From the IMG/VR virus record IMGVR_UViG_3300014205_000175, positions 138,827 to 202,826 of that record: 64,000 nt of DNA. One strand, given 5' to 3'. Positions 49,329 through 58,733 of the stretch are shown here, one piece after another. Position 1 is the first letter of the stretch; each line of letters begins with the position of its first letter. Under the pieces are notes generated by a model that was not told the origin of the DNA, did no database searches, and was given only the letters and a program-made list of their open reading frames with translations. The position numbers were made by a program, and so were the translations under genes. This DNA comes from a virus. Lineage: Duplodnaviria; Caudoviricetes.

Positions 49329-50034
49329 GCAATGCGTTTATATCCGCCGTGAAGAATTCACCGAGCTGGTGCGTAAAGACGGCATCGAAAATCCGCACGA
49401 GAGTTTCGCCGTGATTCTTGCTGGTGATGCGGCTGCTGCTTTTAATCAACTGCCGATCTATATCGGTAATCCGCCGGTGCAAGGACAGCATGACCCAGCA
49501 CTGCTGTGCGTGTTGCCGTTGGTCGTCACGTGCAACAACGATGCCCAAGTGCTCACACATATGCGCCACGTCGTCGGTGAAGCGGGTGAAGCCGATATCG
49601 TCTCGTGCGGCTTCGCTTCGTATCTGGACCAATGCCCGGCTCAAGCAACCGATCTGGTCGATTGCGTTACCGACAGTGTTAACGCAGGTGCTCGCGTAGC
49701 CCTTGGTGCTGAGCTCAATGAAGAAACCATCGCCGGCATGAAGGCAGTGCGCCATCAGCAAGCCACGCTCGTGTATTCTTCCCACTCACAGCTCGACGGT
49801 TACGTGGCGCTGGTGTATTTCCTCTGCATGGATGAGAAAGAACTACGGGAGATGCCGGGTACCCTCTCTCAAGGAGAGTTTCGCTACAATCACGAAGTGC
49901 TGGAAGAAACCGAACAAGGTAAGGTGCTGATGGAAGAATGGTCGTACTATGCGTTGAAGATTCTTCAGCAGCTCAATGAACAGCAAGCAGCGACTCAGCT
50001 TGGTGAGGCTACTGAAACGACCGCTACCGCGTGA
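49321..50034 (+). CDS. Hypothetical acidic protein
   Basis: AGGAG RBS before the ATG at 49321. Confidence 0.65.
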   Translation: MTKQCVYIRREEFTELVRKDGIENPHESFAVILAGDAAAAFNQLPIYIGNPPVQGQHDPALLCVLPLVVTCNNDAQVLTHMRHVVGEAGEADIVSCGFASYLDQCPAQATDLVDCVTDSVNAGARVALGAELNEETIAGMKAVRHQQATLVYSSHSQLDGYVALVYFLCMDEKELREMPGTLSQGEFRYNHEVLEETEQGKVLMEEWSYYALKILQQLNEQQAATQLGEATETTATA

Positions 50035-50093
50035 TAGAAGCTATCCCACCACAGTAACGGAGGTGGGATAGTTTAACAAAAGGGGTAGTTATA

Positions 50094-50291
50094 ATGAGCG
50101 AGCCTAAGATCACTCATTTTTGTTTGGGTAACGGGGCATTAAAGTGTGATGGATGCCTGCAGGAGAAAAACTGGCAGACGCTTAACCAGTTGCCCGAAGC
50201 ATTACGACTAGCGCTACAGACGCAAGCATTACGTATCGATGATACTGCTTGTATATTGGCAGGGCGGCCTTGGTATGTGGCTACACCATGA
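50094..50291 (+). CDS. Small Cys-rich protein
   Basis: 65 aa, C-x6-CxxC...C. Confidence 0.55.
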   Translation: MSEPKITHFCLGNGALKCDGCLQEKNWQTLNQLPEALRLALQTQALRIDDTACILAGRPWYVATP

Positions 50292-50500
50292 TGCGCCCTA
50301 CACCCACCGATGAAGAGCTGCGCGATGTCCGATTGCAGTACGTGAAACAGACAGCATACGATGCTATATGCCCGTCGATGAGCCGCGCCGAACGCAGGAC
50401 TGCGAAAGGTCGGATGTTGCTGGCACAAGCAGAAGCTGCAGCACTGCGTGCAGAAGTCGAGTTTTTAAAGCAAGAACTAAACGATAGGGGTAATGCATGA
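50288..50500 (+). CDS. Small hypothetical protein
   Basis: ATGA overlaps on both sides. Confidence 0.55.
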   Translation: MMRPTPTDEELRDVRLQYVKQTAYDAICPSMSRAERRTAKGRMLLAQAEAAALRAEVEFLKQELNDRGNA

Positions 50501-50808
50501 CCGATGAAGAAATCGAACAAGAACTGACGGTGAAAGGACTCAATGCACCACGGGTTTCACTAGCTGAGTTCGAAGCGAATATCGCCCACACGGAAATCGT
50601 AAAACACGTTTCGGTTTCCGGTCAAGTGTTACGCTGGGCGGTGCTTACAACTAAAAACGGCTACAGTCTAGCTGGCAGGCCATCGTGTTCTGCGTCTTCC
50701 GATAACGATAACCAAGAACTCGGCGAGTCGATTGCGATCGATAACGCTCGTAACGACCTGTGGCCATTGATGGGCTATGCGTTGAAAGAGCGAATCGCAT
50801 TAGGTTAA
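50497..50808 (+). CDS. Phage Gp49/gp66-family protein (Acb4-like nucleotide sponge candidate)
   Basis: APRVS...NGYSLAG-PS-SAS--N-NQELGESIA--NA---LWPLMGYALK. Confidence 0.75.
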   Translation: MTDEEIEQELTVKGLNAPRVSLAEFEANIAHTEIVKHVSVSGQVLRWAVLTTKNGYSLAGRPSCSASSDNDNQELGESIAIDNARNDLWPLMGYALKERIALG

Positions 50809-50917
50809 GATAATCGACCCACTGCACCGAACAACTAGCCCTACACGAGAGGTGGCTTTGTGCCACCTCTCGTATCTCACGTAAATCGTCTGGATAGCTA
50901 CAATAGGGGTAACGATT

Positions 50918-51355
50918 ATGACGTGGGAACAAAACATCGAGACAGTGGTACGGCTAATAGTCGAGGCCTATGTACGGCATAGTAACGTGATGCGTTCGCC
51001 TAGTGATTATAGCTGGGAGTTAAAACCTCCCGGACTCAGCAGTGATTTCAGTCTTGATCTCAAAGCACGTAATGTCAATGACCAGCATCGACTACGCGCC
51101 TATGTAAAATTAACTCATAGCACCGGCATTAAGCCTTTTCGTCTCTATGAAAAAGCCAACTACGCTCGTGGTCCGCATGATGAAATCTACGTCACTGCAG
51201 TCAATCTCGACCAAGCAGTATTTTTTGACCTAGCTCTTTACATCCGTGGTCAGATTTTCGATACACCAATCACTGCTAGTCTCGTGAGTGAAGACGGAGT
51301 CACGCTGGTGTCAGAACACGGTTATCCGTTAGTAACTGAACTTTCTTTGAACTGA
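50918..51355 (+). CDS. Tail fibre adaptor-like protein; paralogue of 56402
   Basis: RLRAYVK...FRLYE...DEIYV, C-terminal LVSEDGVTLVSEHG. Confidence 0.6.
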   Translation: MTWEQNIETVVRLIVEAYVRHSNVMRSPSDYSWELKPPGLSSDFSLDLKARNVNDQHRLRAYVKLTHSTGIKPFRLYEKANYARGPHDEIYVTAVNLDQAVFFDLALYIRGQIFDTPITASLVSEDGVTLVSEHGYPLVTELSLN

Positions 51356-51365
51356 GGACAACAAC

Positions 51366-52874
51366 ATGAATCAACCTATTCTTAAGATCTCGCAGTTTCC
51401 ACGCATGGATGCCTTATTGGGTGACGAATGGGTCGTCATGATCGCCAATGAAAAAAATAAACTCATGCGAGTATCGACCTTTATTAATGCGATTCCAAGT
51501 CTAGTTGTCACCGAACACTCACACCCGATCTCTAAGATTAGTGGTCTGACGGCAGCACTAGACAGTAAAGCATTAGTCGATCACACCCATCAGTTCACAG
51601 AAGTAGGTGGTCTAGAAACCATACTAGCAGCACTAGCATTGGCAGACCACACGCATCCTGCCGATGATATCGAAAATCTTGATCTCTATCTCAGTACTGC
51701 TGTAGCCGGTAAAGCCAATACAGCCCATAAGCACGGGGTTACGGATGTAACTAATCTTACCACCATGCTCGATGGTAAAGCTGATTCTAATCACCAGCAT
51801 TATACTGGATCGATATTGGGTCTGAGTGAATTATTCGCCAATAAATCAGATGCGACACACACGCATGGTTTGGGTGATGTCAATGATCTTGATTTAGTAC
51901 TGGCAGAAAAAGCAGAGGTAGTTCATACTCATACCTTAGCTGATGTTACCGGTGTTACTACCGCCCTAGCCACCAAAGCTGGGTTGCAGCATACTCACAC
52001 GCAAAACAGTATCGCTAATCTCACAACCGATCTACAAAACATCAATCAAGCATTAGCTGGCAAGGCTGGTACGGATCACACACATGCTTTTGTCGGTACT
52101 GTGGACAATATCGCAGGTTTGCCTGAGGCACTTAACAAAAAAGCCGGCGTCACTCACACCCACGCTATCTCACAAGTAACTGGACTGCAAACCGAGCTAG
52201 ATACCTTAACTAGACTGTTGGGTGAGACGGCTGATGAAGAACATACGCATACCATTACTCAAGTGGCAGATCTACAGCTCAATCTCGATAGCAAAGCCGG
52301 CATCGATCATACTCATGAATACTTAGCAACGATTGATAGTGTTGCTGGGCTGCGTGGTGCACTAGACAGTAAGGCGAGTCAATCCCACGCTCACGAAATC
52401 AGCAGTATCAATGGTCTTGGCGGTCAGTTAAATGTGATGTCAACCTCACTTAACAACTTAGGTGTTGCTCTCACTAATAAAGCTGAGACAGGACATCAGC
52501 ATGTTTTCGCCGATCTAGGCAACCCGGAAGCTTTTTTGACCTATATGCAGATCATGCTGCGGCCATTACCAGCAATTAGTTCGGTGGCTAATGTCACGAG
52601 TACTGAGGCTGAAATTGCCTTTAACATTATCTCATCGGGATATTACTTCCTTACTGGGTTAGTGATCCGACTAGAATATCGCCGTGCTGGTGAGGAAGAA
52701 TGGTCCTCAGCTACCGTCATCACTTTTAATGGCGTGACGCTTAGTTTTGGTTATATTTTGACTGGTCTCGCTCCAGCACAGAACTACGAGCTGCGGGTAC
52801 GGCTTAACGATCGCTTTAACCCTGATCTTAATGAGTCTTCCAGCATCGTCGCTTTTGTCACTTTAGCTGCATAA
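51366..52874 (+). CDS. Fibre protein with 14 HxH repeats and a C-terminal FN3-like domain
   Basis: ~23-aa repeats of KAxxxHTHxxxxVxGLxxxL (phage tail repeat-like). LEYRRAG...LTGLAPAQNYELRVR. Confidence 0.8.
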   Translation: MNQPILKISQFPRMDALLGDEWVVMIANEKNKLMRVSTFINAIPSLVVTEHSHPISKISGLTAALDSKALVDHTHQFTEVGGLETILAALALADHTHPADDIENLDLYLSTAVAGKANTAHKHGVTDVTNLTTMLDGKADSNHQHYTGSILGLSELFANKSDATHTHGLGDVNDLDLVLAEKAEVVHTHTLADVTGVTTALATKAGLQHTHTQNSIANLTTDLQNINQALAGKAGTDHTHAFVGTVDNIAGLPEALNKKAGVTHTHAISQVTGLQTELDTLTRLLGETADEEHTHTITQVADLQLNLDSKAGIDHTHEYLATIDSVAGLRGALDSKASQSHAHEISSINGLGGQLNVMSTSLNNLGVALTNKAETGHQHVFADLGNPEAFLTYMQIMLRPLPAISSVANVTSTEAEIAFNIISSGYYFLTGLVIRLEYRRAGEEEWSSATVITFNGVTLSFGYILTGLAPAQNYELRVRLNDRFNPDLNESSSIVAFVTLAA

Positions 52875-52899
52875 ACCCTACCGCAGAGGTAAGAACGCT

Positions 52900-53391
52900 A
52901 TGGCTGCTTATTCCGCCATTAGAAGTTCGATACAATCGGGCGATCTACTCGTCTGGTCACGAACTAAACTCAGATCGTTAAACGATCTTAAACTCAAAGC
53001 CGTACAAATCATGACGCAATCCAGCTATGATCACGTTGGCATAGCATGGAATATCGGTAATCGCCTGATGGTAGTGGAAGCCCGTCCGCCAGAGATTCGC
53101 ATTTACCCCCTCTCGCGCCTGACGCCATTTTACTATGTGCACATGGGTATTAAATGGCAAGATGAATATACCGAGTATCTGCTTAATCACATCGGTGATA
53201 AATATTCCCTTTGGGAAGTGTTAACCGCATATTTTAACCGTAACACGTCTGACAATGAATGGCAGTGTGCAGAGTTTGTTAAGGACTTTTACCAGCACGC
53301 CGGACTCAAGCTTGACTTTGGTTATACGCCTAAATCTATTGTCGAATCGGCTATCGAAGAGTCAGAATACGGCATCATCAAAGCAGTCTAG
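52900..53391 (+). CDS. Permuted papain-like NlpC/P60 (YiiX/YebB-like) enzyme
   Basis: GDLLVW, YDHVGI, WQCAEFV (His precedes Cys). Confidence 0.8.
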   Translation: MAAYSAIRSSIQSGDLLVWSRTKLRSLNDLKLKAVQIMTQSSYDHVGIAWNIGNRLMVVEARPPEIRIYPLSRLTPFYYVHMGIKWQDEYTEYLLNHIGDKYSLWEVLTAYFNRNTSDNEWQCAEFVKDFYQHAGLKLDFGYTPKSIVESAIEESEYGIIKAV

Positions 53392-53434
53392 GCAATCCTC
53401 TGGAAACCAAGCTTTCGAATAAGGATTAGATGCC

Positions 53435-54703
53435 ATGCCTGCGACTACTATCCGCTATGAACTAGATATTACCGGTGTCAATCCCGATAACCTAGTGATC
53501 GGCGAGCTACACAATCTCAATGACAGGGAAGTAAGAGCCATCACGCCGGTGCATGGCCCTTTTTTCACTAGCCAATTACAAGTCTACGATAACACCACCG
53601 GACGTATCCTCACCCGCGGACTGCATTACCAGTGCGTTGAGCTACTCCAAGACGCTACACTTAAATATGGTAAAGAGATCTGTAGCGTTATATTGATCAT
53701 AGATAAGACCATCAGTCATGACGTTAAGATCACCTACCAGGCGCTAGGGGGGCATTTTAGCAACGATGCTACCGCGATAGCCAACTTGTATGAGACGGTG
53801 ATGCAAGACGAGCGACCTGTGCAGTGGGTCAATCTGCTGAATAAGCCGGCTGAATACCCACCTGCACTACATCGTCACCTCCTGGAAGATCTATACGGTT
53901 TCGAACCGGTAGTGGCAGCACTAGAACGTATCCGTAATGCCATAGTGCTCTCGGACGTACCGGCGTTTGAAGCGCTGATCGATTATGTGCATCAGCGTGT
54001 GAGTATGCTCACATGTAAGGAAGCAACGACGATCCGCCCAGTGAGAAAAATTGTCACCTATGATCGACTGCTAGTGACGCTCTCTAAGCTAGGGATATTA
54101 TCGGGATATAAGATTGCCTATCTGCCTGAACGTGTTCCTGAAGGCGGTAGCTTTAATGTACAGATCACAAGTAAAGACGTACCCGACGGTACGACGATCT
54201 ATTGGGAGATTGTTCACAACACGACTGACGACGATGATTTTATCGCCAGTAGCGGTGAAATAGTCATCCGTGACAACCGTGGTAGTTTCACCATACAGCT
54301 AGTTGTCGATGCCTTAAGTGAACCGGCTGAACAGTTTTCATTGATGCTCAAAGAACGAGCCGATAGTGAAGACTGTTTATATGTGAGTTGCTCGATTCAG
54401 GTTCAGCAGATCAACCCGAGCATCGACGATATCGATATCTGGGATCTGTACCGCTATCCTGATACAGCGCTGGCAAGCACTAGCCTCATCACACCAGCTA
54501 AGCTCTTTATGTTCTCGAACAAGGGCTTTGATGATGTGCTGCGTAGGTCTGGTTATACGGGTGATCCGGAAAATATGTGGGATCTATTCCGTGATCCGGA
54601 TATCTATCGCAGCGAAAAGAACTTCATCAACCCTAGTCGTCTCTATATGTCTAGCTCCAAAGAAACAGACAACCTCGTGTTCCTACCGAGTAGATATGTT
54701 TAA
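53435..54703 (+). CDS. Tail/baseplate-associated virion protein with a Calx-beta-like domain
   Basis: YELDITGVNPDNLVIGELH N-terminus of phiKZ-type tail proteins. VPEGG...DDDF...SG...DALSEPAEQF. Confidence 0.7.
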   Translation: MPATTIRYELDITGVNPDNLVIGELHNLNDREVRAITPVHGPFFTSQLQVYDNTTGRILTRGLHYQCVELLQDATLKYGKEICSVILIIDKTISHDVKITYQALGGHFSNDATAIANLYETVMQDERPVQWVNLLNKPAEYPPALHRHLLEDLYGFEPVVAALERIRNAIVLSDVPAFEALIDYVHQRVSMLTCKEATTIRPVRKIVTYDRLLVTLSKLGILSGYKIAYLPERVPEGGSFNVQITSKDVPDGTTIYWEIVHNTTDDDDFIASSGEIVIRDNRGSFTIQLVVDALSEPAEQFSLMLKERADSEDCLYVSCSIQVQQINPSIDDIDIWDLYRYPDTALASTSLITPAKLFMFSNKGFDDVLRRSGYTGDPENMWDLFRDPDIYRSEKNFINPSRLYMSSSKETDNLVFLPSRYV

Positions 54704-54786
54704 CAAACTGTGAAAAAAGGATAGCCAGGGGATATCCCCTGGCTATCCTCTCTGCCGCATTGTCAATTATTGGAGTTTTTTATAGC

Positions 54787-54803
54787 TACATATATACTAC
54801 ATG
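54787..54803 (+). promoter_or_regulatory. Candidate early promoter, copy 5
   Basis: TACATATATACTACATG heading a two-gene insert. Confidence 0.65.
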
Positions 54804-54836
54804 GCACTAACGCCTACTCTTAAAAGAGGTTTTGTC

Positions 54837-55607
54837 ATGCGCGATTATATCTTCTACAATGCTAGCGATATCGATTCCGTCATTACTGCTGCAGTACTAC
54901 AACACAACGGTTACGGCAAAGCTATCCGGCACTTTGACCCGCTATTAAAGTGCGACAAGCTACACGTGCTCGGAGAGTTCGAAAAGCTGCCAGAGGCTCG
55001 GGAAGTTCTCAAATACGTCAAGTATGACATCGACCTTATCGACCTCGATAGCGAATATAAGGCTGAGCGGTGCACGTATCTGTTCGCCGTTGGTAACGAT
55101 TTGCTCCCAGTGAATCAAATCTCGGAGCCGGCCTTGCGCCAGTATGCGATTCTTCTCACGCGGCTGCAAAAGTGCGACAGTTATCTCTCGAACGAGCAAA
55201 TGGCCGTCATCCATCATCTCTTTGATCGGGCGCTTGACACCATTAACAAGAACGAGCCTTTTGAACTGTGTCTGACCTACCAAGACACGATGCTCAAAGG
55301 GTTCGTGACGTTTTTGACCGGTATCAAGAAACTCGTCAGCGAGAAGCTCCATCACCGCACAGTCGATATCAGTCGCAACGTGCTGGGTTTTCCAATTCGC
55401 AAACCGAAGAACGTTACACTCGGTCTTATTAACACCGATTTATCCATGACGCCCTGGATTATCAAACTCACCAGCTACTCGCTAGAAGGAGTGGTAGTGT
55501 ATGAATACAACCGCGACGGCAGTATCCTTCACGCGCACCAAACGTTCACTGACCTAGGGTACCTAGCTTACAAGAAATTAATTACTGAGAAGGCAGACTA
55601 TGTTTAA
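54837..55607 (+). CDS. Hypothetical protein with a weak DHH-like N-terminus
   Basis: YNASDIDSVITAAVL, but no DHH motif. GAGG RBS. Confidence 0.6.
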   Translation: MRDYIFYNASDIDSVITAAVLQHNGYGKAIRHFDPLLKCDKLHVLGEFEKLPEAREVLKYVKYDIDLIDLDSEYKAERCTYLFAVGNDLLPVNQISEPALRQYAILLTRLQKCDSYLSNEQMAVIHHLFDRALDTINKNEPFELCLTYQDTMLKGFVTFLTGIKKLVSEKLHHRTVDISRNVLGFPIRKPKNVTLGLINTDLSMTPWIIKLTSYSLEGVVVYEYNRDGSILHAHQTFTDLGYLAYKKLITEKADYV

Positions 55608-56316
55608 AATCCTCAAACACCAAGTAGGTTCGATGTTTAACCGCATCAATCCGCCTACTCCTACGAGTAAGCGAGACGAGATCTACAAAGCATTAACCAA
55701 GAGCATCAATCATCCGTCGATCAAAATCCTCGTAGTCAATGGACCCAACTTCTACACTGTCAAGATCCATAACTACGCTAATCTACGCACCTATCGCTTT
55801 GAGATAGATGCGCATGGCGATGGACCTATCGCAGTCTATCAACTCGAACGCACGCATAACATCGTGCATGATATCAATGAGTTTTATATTGGTACACGTA
55901 GCGAAGTCCGATATGATGACTTGCTATGGTTGTGTAAGAGTGGTAAGTACCTTGATGAGTGGCTCACTGCTACAGTGGATCGCTCCTGTGACATAGAGGT
56001 AGCAGCAGCTTATCGTGCTAAGGATATCACTCATCTACCAGAAAACGACGAGTATGTCAACTACGCCATCGTTGACAAAGTCAAACTACTACCGGCGATA
56101 GGCGATCGGCAAAAGATCGTTTTAACATTTGTTGACCTACCGGGTGAGATCACTGTTATTGTACCGCGACGTAACGTTGGGTTATATCAGCCTGATCGAC
56201 TCTACATCACTAACACCTACGGTAAACACGCGGTATTCAAACTCACCAAAGCGCGTAAGTTCCTGAAGTTTAAAGCCGGTGATTGGAAAGAGCTGCAAAA
56301 CATCAATGATCTTTGA
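55600..56316 (+). CDS. Hypothetical protein
   Basis: 238 aa, overlaps the previous stop. Confidence 0.65.
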   Translation: MFKILKHQVGSMFNRINPPTPTSKRDEIYKALTKSINHPSIKILVVNGPNFYTVKIHNYANLRTYRFEIDAHGDGPIAVYQLERTHNIVHDINEFYIGTRSEVRYDDLLWLCKSGKYLDEWLTATVDRSCDIEVAAAYRAKDITHLPENDEYVNYAIVDKVKLLPAIGDRQKIVLTFVDLPGEITVIVPRRNVGLYQPDRLYITNTYGKHAVFKLTKARKFLKFKAGDWKELQNINDL

Positions 56317-56322
56317 CTTATG

Positions 56323-56365
56323 GCCTCTCTCCCTGTAGCGGGAGAGAGGCTGTATTTTTTTTTTT
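56323..56365 (+). terminator. Intrinsic terminator closing the insert
   Basis: GCCTCTCTCCC/GGGAGAGAGGC plus T11. Confidence 0.8.
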
Positions 56366-56401
56366 CTGCATATCGAGTGGATCAGACAACCAGGAAAAAC
56401 C

Positions 56402-56827
56402 ATGGACGGGATATTGAGTGATTACCGCGCAATGGTGATTTACGCAGCAGCGCATCAGCTCGGTATTAAACTAGATCCCCTTACTTTTGATCTTAGAAAA
56501 GTGCAGTGGGATAATAGCCGTTATCGTCTGGCAATCGAGTTCTACAACCAAGCTCTGCCACCGATTCGGTTTCGTATCTATATTCGTATTGACACTGAAC
56601 GCAGTTCGATGACAGCCTTCACGCTGTTCGAAGATCCTAATTACAATCTCACCCCGTATGACGAAGTCTATGTCGGGGATGGTTTTACGACTCCCGAACT
56701 CTACAGTGCGATCGTGGACTATCTGAGAAATGACTCCGAGGCAGCGAAGTATAGCAACTATGACATCATTCTAGTTGATGGCGAGAGTCCTCTCATTACC
56801 GCCGAGGGTGATTATGTGCTATATTAA
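56402..56827 (+). CDS. Tail fibre adaptor-like protein; paralogue of 50918
   Basis: RFRIYIR...FTLFE...DEVYV, C-terminal LITAEGDYVL. Confidence 0.6.
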   Translation: MDGILSDYRAMVIYAAAHQLGIKLDPLTFDLRKVQWDNSRYRLAIEFYNQALPPIRFRIYIRIDTERSSMTAFTLFEDPNYNLTPYDEVYVGDGFTTPELYSAIVDYLRNDSEAAKYSNYDIILVDGESPLITAEGDYVLY

Positions 56828-56866
56828 AACATTTATCGATAGTACTGAAGTGACTGGGAGTTAAAT

Positions 56867-57700
56867 ATGGCCGCAAAAAAAATCCACGAGGTAACTAGAC
56901 TAGGCGGGCTGAATGATGAAACCCTGCTACTGTGTTCTCTTAATGAAGCCACTTATGCGTTAAGACTAGGATTGATCAAGAGTTTATTTAACAAAAACTC
57001 GTTGGCTCTCGATTTAGTCGATAATACTTCCGATGAAGAAAAACCGCTCAGCCGTCTAGCACGGGCAGCACTAGAAGCCAAAGCGAATAGCGCTCACAAA
57101 CATGCCGTCGAAAGCATCGACGGATTAGGTACATTATTTAATTCTAAAGCCAACACTACTCACTCCCATCCTTTGGAAGAAGTCGGTGGGCTCAGTGATA
57201 CACTTAGCACCAAAGCCAACGTAGGACACTATCACACTACTGATGAGATCACTGATCTAGCTTATCTACTAGCCAATAAGCCAGACTTGAACCATCACCA
57301 TGCGTTAAGTACTATCGATGGATTGATCGAGGCGCTAGCCAACAAAGCAGGGCTCGGTCACTTGCACCTCATGAGTGAGATTCAGGGTCTTGATCTGTAT
57401 CTGGCCAATACCGCTAAGAAAGTTCATGGTCATGCCTTAATCGACATAGCTGGACTAGCTGAAGCTATAGCTGGTTTAGCTCCGACTATTCACCAACACA
57501 CTATCATCGAGGTGACTGGTCTAGTTGAGGCGCTGGCAGGTAAGGCATCGTTGGTGCACATACATGAAATCAGTGATGTCAACCATTTATCAGAGACGCT
57601 AGCTAACAAAGCTGCTCTGAGTCACACCCATACTTTGGCTGATATCGCTGATCTTATCAGCGTCGAAGAAAGCGTCAAGTTAAGTGAAGTGAAGTGGTAA
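56867..57700 (+). CDS. Fibre protein with nine HxH repeats
   Basis: LDLVDNTSDEEKPLS, then KAxxxHxH repeats. Confidence 0.8.
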   Translation: MAAKKIHEVTRLGGLNDETLLLCSLNEATYALRLGLIKSLFNKNSLALDLVDNTSDEEKPLSRLARAALEAKANSAHKHAVESIDGLGTLFNSKANTTHSHPLEEVGGLSDTLSTKANVGHYHTTDEITDLAYLLANKPDLNHHHALSTIDGLIEALANKAGLGHLHLMSEIQGLDLYLANTAKKVHGHALIDIAGLAEAIAGLAPTIHQHTIIEVTGLVEALAGKASLVHIHEISDVNHLSETLANKAALSHTHTLADIADLISVEESVKLSEVKW

Positions 57701-57811
57701 ATAGTTGTCGTAGTAGAGGTAGGCATAGATGAAATAAAAAATCATCTATCCTGTGGAAGTACCGTTCTTAAAACTTGATCTATTCGATCTTTTTCACCAG
57801 GAGTCACTGCA

Positions 57812-58372
57812 ATGTCCGTTCAAATGCAAATCCGTATCGTCAACGCTCTGCCGCAGACCTTCGAACCGACCACGATGTATATGGTCAAGGGTGGCGAAGC
57901 TGGCCTGTTCGAGATGTACATGTCGGCGGCTGATGGCCTGTCGGTTCGTCACATCATCAACAAGAGCGAAATCAACACGATGGTTGTCAACGCGCTGGCC
58001 GGTTTCAACACCGTCCAAGTGGCTGCCGACATCACCGCGCGTGACGCGCTGAGCCCGACCGTCAACACGCAAGTGCTGGTGCTCGACGCTTCCGCTGACG
58101 CGACCGTGGCTGCTGGCGCCGCGACCTACGTCTACGACGTCCCGACCACGACCTGGTACAAGATTTCGGAATCGGAATCGATGGACGTGGTCCTGCAGTG
58201 GGCGAACATCGTTGGTCGTCCGACCAGCTCTGTTGCCGATATCGACGACGCGGTTACCCGTCGCCACTCGCACGCCAACCTCGCCACGCTCGACAAGCTC
58301 GGCGAAACCGATGGCTTCCTGACGTTCGATGGTGACTTCGTCGGCGCTGTCACCACCGCTGCTGAGTGGTAA
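57812..58372 (+). CDS. Putative virion/fibre-associated protein
   Basis: VAADITARDAL, VLVLDASADATV, WANIVGRPTS, HSHAN. Strong codon bias. Confidence 0.7.
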   Translation: MSVQMQIRIVNALPQTFEPTTMYMVKGGEAGLFEMYMSAADGLSVRHIINKSEINTMVVNALAGFNTVQVAADITARDALSPTVNTQVLVLDASADATVAAGAATYVYDVPTTTWYKISESESMDVVLQWANIVGRPTSSVADIDDAVTRRHSHANLATLDKLGETDGFLTFDGDFVGAVTTAAEW

Positions 58373-58480
58373 TGTATCGCCCGGTCTGTTCGGACTGATA
58401 TGACCTAGTCGATCAAGCGGGGCTCATCGCCCTGCTTGATCGACACATATCATCTGGACAGACATACGGAGGGCTGCGTT

Positions 58481-58711
58481 ATGACTGAGAGGATAAACCT
58501 CCGAAAGCTCAATAGCCTGCCTGAAACCATAGAACCTTCTACTCTCTATTTCATCAGAAATGCCAGCAATGGGACGATGGACATTTATATGTCTGACATC
58601 GAAGGGACTGTGGTTTACAGAGCTATCACCGCGCCGGAAGACAATCTATCAGTATCGGCGATGGATCGCATCGAAAAGTTCATGGTTTTTAATGTTTTTG
58701 CTGCTGTTTAA
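58481..58711 (+). CDS. Small paralogue of the 57812 and 19950 N-terminal domain
   Basis: RKLNSLPETIEPSTLYFIRN...IYMSD. GGAGG RBS. Confidence 0.6.
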   Translation: MTERINLRKLNSLPETIEPSTLYFIRNASNGTMDIYMSDIEGTVVYRAITAPEDNLSVSAMDRIEKFMVFNVFAAV

Positions 58712-58733
58712 CTTTTGTTTTCAGGAGAAGTAA

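Noticed and set aside
54837-55607. DHH phosphoesterase call
   Set aside because: Only a DxD-like motif is present and the DHH triad is missing, so it is left as hypothetical.
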